Shown here: positions 17,769 to 27,301 of the stretch, piece by piece | Numbering within the stretch: the first letter of the stretch is position 1 | How the letters are laid out: each line of letters starts with the position of its first letter | NCBI RefSeq assembly: GCF_000283555.1 | Contig: NC_016012.1 | Coordinates: forward strand, 1,110,001 to 1,142,000 | DNA length: 32,000 bases | Reading direction: 5' to 3' | DNA from: Candidatus Arthromitus sp. SFB-rat-Yit | GTDB lineage: Bacteria; Bacillota; Clostridia; Clostridiales; Clostridiaceae | Notes under the pieces: model-generated | What the model was told of the DNA's origin: nothing | The model's database searches: none | What the model saw: the letters and a program-made list of their open reading frames with translations, nothing else | Program-made: the position numbers and the translations under genes

Positions 17769-17799
17769 ATTATAAATATTTTTTATAAAATTTAGTCAA
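17769..17799 (-). promoter_or_regulatory. Possible promoter for the ABC exporter (TTGACT-N19-TATAAT)
   Basis: Minus strand: TTGACT (17794-17799, overlapping the SBP stop codon) and TATAAT (17769-17774). The 19-nt spacer is longer than optimal. Confidence 0.3.
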
Positions 17800-18751
17800 A
17801 CTTTTTTATGAAATTTTCGACTTCATCTACCATTTTGTTTGTTGAATCAAATCCACCTGAAACCAAATACCAAACTTGTGCATTTAAATAAACAATATTC
17901 CCATTTTTATATGCATCCGTTGATTTAATAAGATCGTTATCCAGAACTGTCTGAGCAGTTCCTGTTCCAGATGTAGCTACTCCCCTATCTATAACAAATA
18001 ACACATTTGGATTTTTATCAACTACATATTCAAATGACACCTGCTGTCCATGCGTAGAATCTTGGAGAGTATTATCAATATTAATAAAACCAAAATTATT
18101 ATATAAAATACCAAATCTTGATTTATCACCATATGCACTCAAATTCCCTTCATTAACTAACAATGTTAATGCATTTAAATTTTTTGACGTCACTGATGCA
18201 TTTAATGTATTTATTTTATTTTGAATTTCATCCAATTTTGATTTAACAATATCTTCTTTTCCAAATATGCTTCCCAAAATATTTGCATTATTAGTTAAAT
18301 CTTCCATGTATTTTGATCCATCTAAGCTTAAAAGTATTGTAGGAGCTATTTGTGAAAATTTTTCATACATATCAGATTGCCTGCCACTTATTATTATAAG
18401 TTCTGGTTTAATTGAATTAATTATTTCAAAATTTGGTTCTTTTAATCCACCTAAATTTTCATATTTACTATCTTTATATTTTTCAAACATTGATGGTAAA
18501 CTATCTTTTGGAAGTCCTACTACATCAATTCCTAAATTCTCCAAAATATCTAATGATCCAAAATCAAATGTAACAACTCTTTGAGGATTTTTCTTTACAT
18601 TTGTTTCCCCATTTAAATGTTTAACTAAAATAGTTTCAGTGTCAGCTCCTTCAGACAAACCTTGATTATTATTTGTGGTATTACCACAAGAAACTAAAAG
18701 TCCAATAAGCATCATTGAACACACCATAGATAATTTTTTGATAAATTTCAT
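17792..18751 (-). CDS. Iron-siderophore ABC transporter substrate-binding lipoprotein (YclQ/CeuE/FatB-like)
   Basis: Lipobox LLVSC at the signal peptide end. The segment NPQRVVTFDFGSLDILENLGIDVVGLPK is typical of this SBP group. The track start at 18802 would overlap the upstream ATPase gene, so it is trimmed to the ATG at 18751 (MKFIKK) with an AAGGGGA SD. Confidence 0.85.
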   Translation of the reverse strand: MKFIKKLSMVCSMMLIGLLVSCGNTTNNNQGLSEGADTETILVKHLNGETNVKKNPQRVVTFDFGSLDILENLGIDVVGLPKDSLPSMFEKYKDSKYENLGGLKEPNFEIINSIKPELIIISGRQSDMYEKFSQIAPTILLSLDGSKYMEDLTNNANILGSIFGKEDIVKSKLDEIQNKINTLNASVTSKNLNALTLLVNEGNLSAYGDKSRFGILYNNFGFINIDNTLQDSTHGQQVSFEYVVDKNPNVLFVIDRGVATSGTGTAQTVLDNDLIKSTDAYKNGNIVYLNAQVWYLVSGGFDSTNKMVDEVENFIKKFD

Positions 18752-18773
18752 AACTTTAAATTCCCCTTTCTTT

Positions 18774-19529
18774 TTAATAATAAATACTAATTTTATTACC
18801 ATTTATATTTTTAACATCAAACTTAATTTGGTATATCTCTTCCAATACACTTTCATCTATTATGTCACTCGTTTTTCCCTCTTTGTATACTATTCCATCC
18901 TTAAAGGCAACAACATAATCTGAATAACAAGAAGCAAAATTTATATCATGCATAACAACAACTATTGTCTTTCCCAAATCATCACAAAGTTTTCTTAAAA
19001 CTTTCATCATCTGAACCGAATTACTCATATCCAAATTATTTAAAGGCTCATCAAGAAAAATATATTCAGTTGCTTGAGCAATGACCATAGCAATAAAAGC
19101 TCTTTGTCTTTGTCCACCACTTATCTCATCTAAAAACTTATCTTGTATATCACAAAGTTTCATATATTCAAGAGCATCATCAATAAACTTTTCATCATCT
19201 CTAGTCAATCTACCCTTAGAATATGGAAACCTACCGAAACTAACTAGGTCACGTATAGTCAACCTGATATTTAAATTATTTGATTGTCTAAGTATGGATA
19301 TCTTTTTAGATAACTCATCTTTTTTATAACTATTGATATCCCTATCATCTAAATAAATTTCTCCACTCTCTTTTTCAAGCAATCCAACTATTATTGATAA
19401 GAGGGTACTCTTACCTGCCCCGTTAGGTCCAACAAAAGATGTTAGCTTACCTTTCTCTATATCAAGAGAAACATTATTGACTACTCGGTTACTTCCATAA
19501 GACTTAGAAACATCTCTGATTTTTAACAT
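18774..19529 (-). CDS. Iron-siderophore ABC transporter ATP-binding protein (YclP/CeuD-like)
   Basis: Walker A GPNGAGKST, signature ISGGQRQR, Walker B IFLDEPLNNLD, H-loop VMHD. Confidence 0.9.
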   Translation of the reverse strand: MLKIRDVSKSYGSNRVVNNVSLDIEKGKLTSFVGPNGAGKSTLLSIIVGLLEKESGEIYLDDRDINSYKKDELSKKISILRQSNNLNIRLTIRDLVSFGRFPYSKGRLTRDDEKFIDDALEYMKLCDIQDKFLDEISGGQRQRAFIAMVIAQATEYIFLDEPLNNLDMSNSVQMMKVLRKLCDDLGKTIVVVMHDINFASCYSDYVVAFKDGIVYKEGKTSDIIDESVLEEIYQIKFDVKNINGNKISIYY

Positions 19530-20509
19530 ACTTTACTCTCCCTTAACAACAAATACATAAAATAAATACCCCCGATCAAATTTATAATTACACTTACAGG
19601 AGTAGATATTTTTAAAACCCTCTCAAGTAACAATTGACCAAATAACAATACAAAAACTGATAATAGATTCCCTATCGCAACTATATGAGAGTGTTTATAG
19701 CTCTTCACAATCTGCTTAGTTGCATTAACAACAAGCAAACCTAGAAATGTAATAGGTCCAACCAAAGCTGTAGATATTGATATCAAAATAGAAACTACAA
19801 TAAAAAACTTTTTAGTTAATCTATCATACTCAACTCCCAAATTTATAGCATGATCTCTACCTAAACTCATTACATCCAAATATTTAAAATCCTTAAATGT
19901 AAATATTAATGTAATGACTATCATTATCACTGATATAACTAAAATATTTTCATTTATATTATTAAAGCTAGCAAACAATTTATTTTGAAGTGTTAAATAC
20001 TCGTTAGGATCAATCATTATTTGCATAAATTTTGAAAGACTTCCAAAAAGAGTTCCCAATATAACACCAACTAATACAATCAAAATAATATTGGTTCTAT
20101 TTTTCTTCATCAGTGTAGAATACAAAACCGTAGATATTAAAACCATCATTACTATACAGATCATAAAATTAATTTTCTTATTACTTATGAATATATGCGT
20201 TGAGCCAAATACATAAACAATTACTGTTTGGATAAGCACGTAAAAAGAATCAAGTCCCATTACATTTGGTGTCAAAAGACGATTGTTTGTAATCGTTTGA
20301 AACAATATCGTAGAAAAGGATATTAAAGCCCCCGTCAATACAATTGCAATTAATTTAGGAATACGTTGGGATAATGAATATTCAAAATTTCCTTTTCTTA
20401 TATTCATAAATAAATATAGTAAACAAACTATTGATATGAAAATCGTAAGCAAAACTATAGTTTTTTGAAAATATTTATCTTTATTAACACATTTATTTCC
20501 CACGCCCAT
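19523..20509 (-). CDS. FecCD-family iron-siderophore ABC permease (YclO/CeuC-like)
   Basis: Polytopic FecCD-type sequence (...GPITFLGLLVVN...). Overlaps both neighbours. The ATG at 20509 is only 2 nt from GGAG. The GTG at 20503 has 8-nt spacing and may be the true start. Confidence 0.86.
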   Translation of the reverse strand: MGVGNKCVNKDKYFQKTIVLLTIFISIVCLLYLFMNIRKGNFEYSLSQRIPKLIAIVLTGALISFSTILFQTITNNRLLTPNVMGLDSFYVLIQTVIVYVFGSTHIFISNKKINFMICIVMMVLISTVLYSTLMKKNRTNIILIVLVGVILGTLFGSLSKFMQIMIDPNEYLTLQNKLFASFNNINENILVISVIMIVITLIFTFKDFKYLDVMSLGRDHAINLGVEYDRLTKKFFIVVSILISISTALVGPITFLGLLVVNATKQIVKSYKHSHIVAIGNLLSVFVLLFGQLLLERVLKISTPVSVIINLIGGIYFMYLLLRESKVC

Positions 20510-21452
20510 TTCTCCTTAACACTATACAAAGAAATACTACACTCCCAATCACACCTACAGTAACTCCTATTGGCAATTCATACGGATAAATAATAACTCG
20601 TCCAATTACGTCACATACAAGTATAAAAATAGAACCAACAAGTGCGATGTCCAAAAGGCTTTTATTAACATTATCTCCTTTATACATGGCAACCAAATTC
20701 GGTACAATAAGACCAATAAAAGGTATACTCCCAGCAGTAACAACAACTATAACAGTTGCTAATGCAACTATAGTAACACCTATATTAACAATTTTGTCAT
20801 AGTTAAGCCCCAAATTTGTTGCAAAATCTTTTCCCATTCCTACAACAGTAAACATATTTGCATAAACTATAGTAATTATAACAAGCGGAATACTTAAATA
20901 TAAAAGTTCATAATTTCCTTTCAATATCATTGAAAAATTACCTTGTAGCCAAGAACTGACACTCTGTAGCAAATCAAATTTATAACCTAAGAAAGTGGTC
21001 ACAGATCCAATAATATTTCCAAAAATAATTCCAACTAGTGGCACAAATACAATATTTTTTATCTTTAAGTTTCTTAAAAATATTATGAATATAAATGTTC
21101 CAATCAAGGCAAATATAAAAGATATAATTGTTTTTTGCATTATACTTGCACTTGGAAATATAATTATGGCTACCATTATGCCCAATTGTGCCGAATCAAT
21201 AGTTGCCCCAGTCGTTGGTGATACAAATTTATTTTGACTAATCTGTTGCATGATAAGTCCACATACACTCATAACAACTCCTGCTATCAAAATGCTTATG
21301 AGCCTTGGCAGTCTGCTTATCAAAAAAATCCTAATACTATCAATGTCCCCTTTCAAAATTTCTGATAACGTTATATTCTTAGCCCCTAAAAATAACGATG
21401 TCAAAGATAGAACAATTAAAATCAGTATTAAGATTAAATATCTCTTCTTCAT
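20493..21452 (-). CDS. FecCD-family iron-siderophore ABC permease (YclN/CeuB-like)
   Basis: Polytopic FecCD-type sequence (...GSIPFIGLIVPN...). First gene of the minus-strand uptake operon. Confidence 0.86.
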   Translation of the reverse strand: MKKRYLILILILIVLSLTSLFLGAKNITLSEILKGDIDSIRIFLISRLPRLISILIAGVVMSVCGLIMQQISQNKFVSPTTGATIDSAQLGIMVAIIIFPSASIMQKTIISFIFALIGTFIFIIFLRNLKIKNIVFVPLVGIIFGNIIGSVTTFLGYKFDLLQSVSSWLQGNFSMILKGNYELLYLSIPLVIITIVYANMFTVVGMGKDFATNLGLNYDKIVNIGVTIVALATVIVVVTAGSIPFIGLIVPNLVAMYKGDNVNKSLLDIALVGSIFILVCDVIGRVIIYPYELPIGVTVGVIGSVVFLCIVLRRNGRGK

Positions 21453-21505
21453 TCTAATTTTCCCACACCTAACTAACTTGACTTACTTTATAAACACGAG
21501 TAAAA

Positions 21506-21532
21506 TGATATTTGTTATCATTAATGATAATT
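21506..21532. promoter_or_regulatory. Fur-box-like operator (7-1-7 motif overlapping a perfect 16-bp palindrome)
   Basis: TGATATTtGTTATCA (21506-21520) matches the Bacillus 7-1-7 Fur consensus TGATAATnATTATCA at 12 of 14 positions. It overlaps the perfect palindrome TTATCATTAATGATAA (21515-21530). It lies 54-80 nt upstream of the minus-strand operon start, in the divergent control region. Confidence 0.5.
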
Positions 21533-21556
21533 CAATTATAATATTTAAAATTAAAC

Positions 21557-21586
21557 TTGTCTACATTTTAATGATACTTAATATTA
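21557..21586 (+). promoter_or_regulatory. Candidate promoter of the plus-strand uptake operon (TTGTCT-N16-TAATAT) with a second Fur-like 7-1-7 site over the -10
   Basis: -35 TTGTCT at 21557-21562 and -10 TAATAT at 21579-21584. TGATACTtAATATTA (21572-21586) matches the 7-1-7 consensus at 11 of 14 positions. Confidence 0.38.
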
Positions 21587-21613
21587 CTTTCTATTTAAAA
21601 GGAGATATAATAA

Positions 21614-22573
21614 ATGAAAATTTTTTCAATTTTCAAAACTGCACTAATATGTATCTTAGCTGTAGTTATTGTTGGATGTACATCATCAAACAAAAATGCT
21701 AATAGTGATAATTCTTCAAATAATACATCTGTGGAAATGATAACCGTTAAAGACTCAATTGGAGATGTACAAATACCTAAAAATCCTATGCGTATTGTAG
21801 ATTTAAGTGGTAACAGCGATATACTAAGCATTCTTGGTTACTCTGTTGTAGGTACTGCAAATTCTGATGCTTATGACTACACTAAATTCCCATCATATTT
21901 GGAAGAAACTCTAAAAGGAGCTAAAATTTTAGGATATAGTTTGCAGGATACTGTAGATATTGAAGGTATTTTGAATCTTAATCCTGATTTAATTATAATT
22001 TCAAAAACGCAAGAAAAGATGTATGACCAATTGAAAAGTATAGCTCCGACGATAATGATAGAACTTGAACAAATAGATTGGAAAAAAGATATACTTAAAA
22101 TTGCATCCATATTAAATAAAGAAGATATTGCAAACAAATGGCTTGAAGATTATAAATCAAATGCCATACAAAAAGGAAATGAAATAAAAGAAAAATACGG
22201 AAATAACTCAACTTATCTCTCAATACTTGCAAGTGGTGGACAAATATTTGTATTCGACTCTGCTGGAATCGGCGGAATATTGTACGAAGATATGAAATTA
22301 AATAAACCTGCTAATCTTCCTGTTCAAAACAACATAAGTCTTCCTGTTATAAACTACGAGGGATTGCTTGAGATAAATTCAGATTATTTAATTCTAATAG
22401 GAACTGATGAAGATATAAATTCACTAAAACAAAGTCCTATTTACAAAAATTTAAATGCAGTTAAAAATAATAAAGTTATAGAATTACCATCAAGCCCATA
22501 CTTCAATATGGTTTATAGTTCTATTGGTAAAAATTTATTTGTAAATCAATTTGTTACTTTATTGGGGAATTAA
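21614..22573 (+). CDS. Iron-siderophore ABC transporter substrate-binding lipoprotein (FhuD/FeuA-type)
   Basis: Lipobox VIVGC. The segment VQIPKNPMRIVDLSGNSDILSILGYSVVG is typical of cluster-A siderophore SBPs. AAGGAG SD present. Confidence 0.85.
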   Translation: MKIFSIFKTALICILAVVIVGCTSSNKNANSDNSSNNTSVEMITVKDSIGDVQIPKNPMRIVDLSGNSDILSILGYSVVGTANSDAYDYTKFPSYLEETLKGAKILGYSLQDTVDIEGILNLNPDLIIISKTQEKMYDQLKSIAPTIMIELEQIDWKKDILKIASILNKEDIANKWLEDYKSNAIQKGNEIKEKYGNNSTYLSILASGGQIFVFDSAGIGGILYEDMKLNKPANLPVQNNISLPVINYEGLLEINSDYLILIGTDEDINSLKQSPIYKNLNAVKNNKVIELPSSPYFNMVYSSIGKNLFVNQFVTLLGN

Positions 22574-22575
22574 CT

Positions 22576-23559
22576 ATGAAAATTAATAAGAAATTAATTT
22601 CAATTATTGGATTTGTTTTACTAATTATAGGAGTATTAGCTTCAATTAACATTGGAGCTAAATATATTCCTATTAAAGAAGTGTTTAATTCTATATTTTT
22701 TTATGATGGATCTGTAGAAGCTCATCTTATACGAGATGTTAGATTACCTAGAGTTATTTCAGCATTATTAAATGGTGGAATTCTTGCAGTATGTGGAGCA
22801 ATGATTCAAGGAGTTATGCGTAATCCTTTAGCTGACCCTTCTGTAATTGGTATAACTCAAGGAGCTACTTTAGCCATATCCCTATCTACACTTTTTCCAA
22901 TAGGTCTTGGAATCTATGGAAATTTTTTTATGGCACTTATAGGTTCTGCGTTTAGTGGTATAATAATTTTGATAATTATGAAGAATTCTTCATTAAACCA
23001 TAACATATCTAAAGTACTTCTTGCTAGCACTGCAATGAGTACACTTTTCATATCTATTGCATCAATAATTGCTCTAATTAAAAATAGATCTCAAGAATTG
23101 GCATTTTGGATTTCTGGAAGTTTTAATCAAAATGGGTGGGTTCAAGTTATTTCACTAATAATAATAGGATCTATATTTTGTTTTATATCTTTCTTGATGA
23201 TCGATAATCTTAATGTTTTAAATTTAGGAGATGAAAATGCAATAAGTCTTGGTGTTTCTCCATCTAAAATGCGTATAAAAATTATTTCTATAATAATTCC
23301 CCTTTGCTCAATTTGTGTTTCAACAGCTGGAAATATTAGTTTCGTTGGACTTCTTGTTCCTCACATAATTAGAAAATTAGTTGGTACGAACTACAAAGAT
23401 ATACTCCCTCTTTCATTTTTATTTGGAAGTGTTCTGCTTATCTTTAGTGATATAATAGCAAGAACAGTTTTATCTCCATATGAACTTCCTGTTGGCATAT
23501 TTACATCTTTTATTGGGATTCCAATATTTTTATTATTAATTAGAAAGGAGAAGGTATAA
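22576..23559 (+). CDS. FecCD-family iron-siderophore ABC permease
   Basis: RLPRVISALLNGGILAVCGAMIQGVMRNPLADPSVIGI is the canonical FecCD N-region. The gene starts 2 nt after the SBP stop. Confidence 0.88.
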   Translation: MKINKKLISIIGFVLLIIGVLASINIGAKYIPIKEVFNSIFFYDGSVEAHLIRDVRLPRVISALLNGGILAVCGAMIQGVMRNPLADPSVIGITQGATLAISLSTLFPIGLGIYGNFFMALIGSAFSGIIILIIMKNSSLNHNISKVLLASTAMSTLFISIASIIALIKNRSQELAFWISGSFNQNGWVQVISLIIIGSIFCFISFLMIDNLNVLNLGDENAISLGVSPSKMRIKIISIIIPLCSICVSTAGNISFVGLLVPHIIRKLVGTNYKDILPLSFLFGSVLLIFSDIIARTVLSPYELPVGIFTSFIGIPIFLLLIRKEKV

Positions 23560-24570
23560 ATGAAGAAGAGCTCATTATTTTTTTTAATCTCATCAATAAT
23601 ACTTATCTTATCTATTCTCCTTTATTTAAATCTTGGAAGTTTCAAAATTACCATAACTGACATATTTAAAACTTTTTTAGGTCAAGGAACAAGCTCACAA
23701 AACTTTGCAATATTTAATTTGAGATTACCAAGAGTTATACTAGCTATTATCGTTGCCTTTTCTTTAAGTATATCTGGCGTAATATTTCAAACAACAACAA
23801 AAAATCCTTTAGCAGAACCTGGTATAATAGGAATAAATTCTGGAGCTGCACTATTTGTTATTTTATTGATTTCATCTAACACAACTTCATACTACTCAAA
23901 ATTACCAATATCAACTATCCTATTAATACCACTTGTTGCAATAACAGGTGCAATGTTTTCAATGATTCTGATTTATGTATTTGCATATAAAAAACAATTT
24001 AAACCAATAAAATTTATTTTAACTGGAATTGCAATAAATACAGGATTTTCTGCAATAATTTCATTTTATCAACTTAGCGTTTCAAAAGGAGATTATAATC
24101 AGGTTTTAACTTGGATTTGCGGAAGTCTTTGGGGAAGCAATTGGAACTATATAATATTAACACTTCCATTTATTTTAATTTTAACAATCATCGCACTGAT
24201 TAAAGGTAAAACGCTTGATATATTAACTCTTGGCGATGAACTATCTTATGGAGTTGGTGTAAATGTTAAAAAAGAAATGGCATTGTTCATATTTATTGCA
24301 TCACTTCTTGCTGCTATCGCAACATCAGTTGCAGGAAATATTGCTTTCTTAGGATTTATAGCACCCCATATATCAAAAAGTATAATCGGATATTCTCACC
24401 GAAAAATAATTTTGCTATCTGGAATAATAGGATCAATAATTTTGGTTTTGTCCGATGCCCTAGCCAAAAATTTATTTTCCCCAATTGAAATTCCCGTTGG
24501 AATAATTGTGTCTATTTTATCTGTTCCATATTTTATATTCTTAATTATAAAAGATAGGAGGTTTAAATAA
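23560..24570 (+). CDS. FecCD-family iron-siderophore ABC permease
   Basis: RLPRVILAIIVAFSLSISGVIFQTTTKNPLAEPGIIGI. The ATG directly abuts the previous stop (TAAATG). Confidence 0.88.
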   Translation: MKKSSLFFLISSIILILSILLYLNLGSFKITITDIFKTFLGQGTSSQNFAIFNLRLPRVILAIIVAFSLSISGVIFQTTTKNPLAEPGIIGINSGAALFVILLISSNTTSYYSKLPISTILLIPLVAITGAMFSMILIYVFAYKKQFKPIKFILTGIAINTGFSAIISFYQLSVSKGDYNQVLTWICGSLWGSNWNYIILTLPFILILTIIALIKGKTLDILTLGDELSYGVGVNVKKEMALFIFIASLLAAIATSVAGNIAFLGFIAPHISKSIIGYSHRKIILLSGIIGSIILVLSDALAKNLFSPIEIPVGIIVSILSVPYFIFLIIKDRRFK

Positions 24571-25358
24571 TGGGAATAAAAACTCAAAATCTTCAAATCA
24601 ATTATGATGAAAAAATTATAATTCCTTCTTTAAATCTTGAAATACCTGAAAATAAAGTAACTATATTAATCGGTCCAAATGGATGTGGTAAATCTACACT
24701 CTTAAAATCGATTATGAGAATCATACCAATAAAAAATGGAAAGATTTTTCTAAATGATAAAGATATGAAATCTTTATCGCAAAAAGAAATTGCTAATAAA
24801 ATTTCCATACTGCCACAAACTCCTATTGTACCTGATGGTATAGATGTTAAAAATTTAATTTCTTATGGTAGATTCCCTCATAAAAAATCACTTTCTGGTT
24901 TAAACAAGGAAGATTATGAAATAATTAATTGGGCAATGGAAAAAACAAATATATTAAATATAAAAGATAGCATAGTTTCAGAATTATCAGGAGGTCAACG
25001 TCAACGTGTTTGGATATCACTCGCATTAGCTCAAAAAACAGATATGATAATATTAGATGAACCAACAACATACTTAGATATGTCACATCAGCTTGAAGTA
25101 CTAGAACTACTTCAAGATCTAAATAGAAAAGATAAAACAACAATAATAATGGTAATTCATGAATTAAATCACGCAACTAAATTTGCCGATAACATTATAG
25201 GTATGAAAAATGGTAATGCTATTTTTCAAGGTAATCCTTCAGATGTAATAACTAGGGAAAATTTAAGATTACTTTATGAAATAGATGCTACTTTGATAAA
25301 AAATGAAGAGAAAGGATATCCAATTTGTGTGGATTACTCGATAATAGATGAGAAATAA
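24570..25358 (+). CDS. Iron-siderophore ABC transporter ATP-binding protein (FecE/FepC/YusV-like)
   Basis: Walker A GPNGCGKST, signature LSGGQRQR, Walker B LILDEPTTYLD, H-loop VIHE. TAATG overlap with the upstream permease. AGGAGG SD present. Confidence 0.9.
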   Translation: MGIKTQNLQINYDEKIIIPSLNLEIPENKVTILIGPNGCGKSTLLKSIMRIIPIKNGKIFLNDKDMKSLSQKEIANKISILPQTPIVPDGIDVKNLISYGRFPHKKSLSGLNKEDYEIINWAMEKTNILNIKDSIVSELSGGQRQRVWISLALAQKTDMIILDEPTTYLDMSHQLEVLELLQDLNRKDKTTIIMVIHELNHATKFADNIIGMKNGNAIFQGNPSDVITRENLRLLYEIDATLIKNEEKGYPICVDYSIIDEK

Positions 25359-26583
25359 TAGAAATTTTAAACTAATTTTAATAGGGCAAATTATAAGTTT
25401 ATTTGGGAATGCCATACAAAGATTTGCATTATCTCTTTATATATTAGACATAACCGGGAATTCATCTATTTATGCAAATATATTGGCATTATCCATTGTA
25501 CCTTACATAATTTTAGCACCAATTGCAGGTAACATAGCAGATAATTATAACAAAAAATATATGATGATACTCCTTGATATAATAGCAGGAATTCTTATGA
25601 TAATTTGTTTTATACTCTTTATATTTAAACTAGACTCCACGTTTCTTATAGCCATTGTCATGCTTTTATTATCTACTATATCTGTGTGCTACGAACCGGT
25701 TGTAACATCTTCAATACCTCAAACTGTAGATATTGATTATCTTCAAAAGGCAAATAGCTACATAAGTCAATCAGGATCATGGGCAAATATTTTAGGTCCA
25801 ATACTTGGTGGAATTCTCTACGGATTTTTAGGCATAAAACTCATACTCATAATAAATGGATTAAGCTTTCTAATATCTGCTATACTAGAATGCTTTATAA
25901 AATTTCCTAAACATCAAAATACAACATATAAATCATTAAATCCCCTTTCAGCATTTATTCATATGAAAAATACATTAAAAACACTCTCAAAAAATTATAA
26001 AATTATTTTAGGAATCATTTTATCTTATGGATTGTATAACATTTCAATAGTGCCAATAATTTCTGTGTTGTTCCCAACAATAATAAATTTAAATTTTAAT
26101 ATGCCTCCACAAGTATACGGAATATTAGAAAGCATAATAGCAAGTGGTTTACTTATAAGTGGAGTTTTAATAAATCTAAAATCAAATTTATTTAAATTCA
26201 AAACTCATTATAAATGGAATTATCTTATGCCATTATCTATGTTCCTTGTTGGAACCCTTTTAATAATCTCAAATAATATAAATCTATCTATGCTCGGAAT
26301 AACAATAGGCGGATTTATTATTATGTTTTGCCTCGGCATAGGAAACATTATAACTCTTACATACATACAAACTGTTGTACCTAAAAATATATTAGGAAGT
26401 GTAAGTGCATTATCTACTGCTATTGCAACCGCATCAATTCCAATTGGACAAGTATCTTTTGGATACCTTATTCGTGGAAATTTAAATATCGGATTAATTT
26501 TGGTATTATCTTCTATAATAGCCTTTTTTGTATGCAGTTTTGTAAAATTAAATATTAAAAATAATTATTACCTCAAAAAATAG
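25348..26583 (+). CDS. MFS transporter (MFS_3 / EntS-like 'transmembrane secretion effector' type)
   Basis: About 12 predicted TM segments. The N-terminus NFKLILIGQIISLFGNAIQRFALSLYIL is typical of this MFS group. Its ATG overlaps the ATPase gene by 11 nt, and there is no separate promoter space. Confidence 0.78.
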   Translation: MRNNRNFKLILIGQIISLFGNAIQRFALSLYILDITGNSSIYANILALSIVPYIILAPIAGNIADNYNKKYMMILLDIIAGILMIICFILFIFKLDSTFLIAIVMLLLSTISVCYEPVVTSSIPQTVDIDYLQKANSYISQSGSWANILGPILGGILYGFLGIKLILIINGLSFLISAILECFIKFPKHQNTTYKSLNPLSAFIHMKNTLKTLSKNYKIILGIILSYGLYNISIVPIISVLFPTIINLNFNMPPQVYGILESIIASGLLISGVLINLKSNLFKFKTHYKWNYLMPLSMFLVGTLLIISNNINLSMLGITIGGFIIMFCLGIGNIITLTYIQTVVPKNILGSVSALSTAIATASIPIGQVSFGYLIRGNLNIGLILVLSSIIAFFVCSFVKLNIKNNYYLKK

Positions 26584-26624
26584 AAGGAAAGAGCCTTCAA
26601 ATCTGATTGCTCTTTCCTTTTTTA
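26584..26624. terminator. Bidirectional rho-independent terminator between convergent MFS and yhhQ genes
   Basis: AAGGAAAGAGC (26584-26594) pairs with GCTCTTTCCTT (26609-26619), an 11-bp stem with a 14-nt loop. It is followed by T5 on the + strand and by CUAUUUUUU on the - strand. It overlaps the last yhhQ codons. Confidence 0.65.
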
Positions 26625-27301
26625 ATTTTCCTTGCAATATAAACAAACGGCGTATCCATCACAGAAGTAATTACAAAAATTATATAACTTGATAAAATCA
26701 TAGAAACAATTACATTAACATCATACACTCCACCAAAAGCAAACAATGTAAAAAGAACCGTATTAAAAATTTGACTTATAAGAGTAGATCCATTATTTCT
26801 AACCCATAAAAATTTATCTTTATTTCCGATTTTTTTTGACGTAAAATCCCACCATTTATGATATAACCAAACATCCACAAACTGACTTATAGCATAAACA
26901 CTTAATGACGAAAAAATCACTCTCGGAACACTCGTAAAAATATTTCTAATAGAATCCATCTTCATATCATTGACACTTGGAGTATAATATATCCAACTCT
27001 GGGATATAACTAGAAAAAATATCATCATAATTATACTAATAAATACAGATTTATTTGCACTCTTCTTGCCTTCACATTCAGATAAAATATCTGTTATTAA
27101 GAAGGTCGATGCAAAAAGTATATTACCAAGGGTTTGTTCCATTCCAAAAGCATCTACAAGAAGTACAACCTCAATATTTGCAAGGATAGTTACAACTCCA
27201 ATCATTACATAGAGTCCACTTTTCCCAAAATATCTATATGTAATAAGAACCATTCCATATATAAAAAATAATGATATAATAAGTAGAATTTCATTCATCA
27301 T
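26597..27301 (-). CDS. yhhQ: Queuosine-precursor transporter, YhhQ/VUT (COG1738, DUF165) family
   Basis: The polytopic 234-aa protein (VTILANIEVVLLVDAFG...LGNILFASTFLITDILSE, WLYHKWW, LISQIFNTVLF) matches YhhQ-family hallmarks as I recall them. The start overlaps the upstream stop (TAATG). Confidence 0.82.
   Translation of the reverse strand: MMNEILLIISLFFIYGMVLITYRYFGKSGLYVMIGVVTILANIEVVLLVDAFGMEQTLGNILFASTFLITDILSECEGKKSANKSVFISIIMMIFFLVISQSWIYYTPSVNDMKMDSIRNIFTSVPRVIFSSLSVYAISQFVDVWLYHKWWDFTSKKIGNKDKFLWVRNNGSTLISQIFNTVLFTLFAFGGVYDVNVIVSMILSSYIIFVITSVMDTPFVYIARKIKKGKSNQI

Noticed and set aside
21250-21831. ORFs 21250-21702 (+, 150 aa) and 21595-21831 (-, 78 aa) spanning the divergent siderophore promoter
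   Set aside because: Both overlap well-supported permease and SBP genes and run through the AT-rich control region. The sequences are low-complexity and have no SD.
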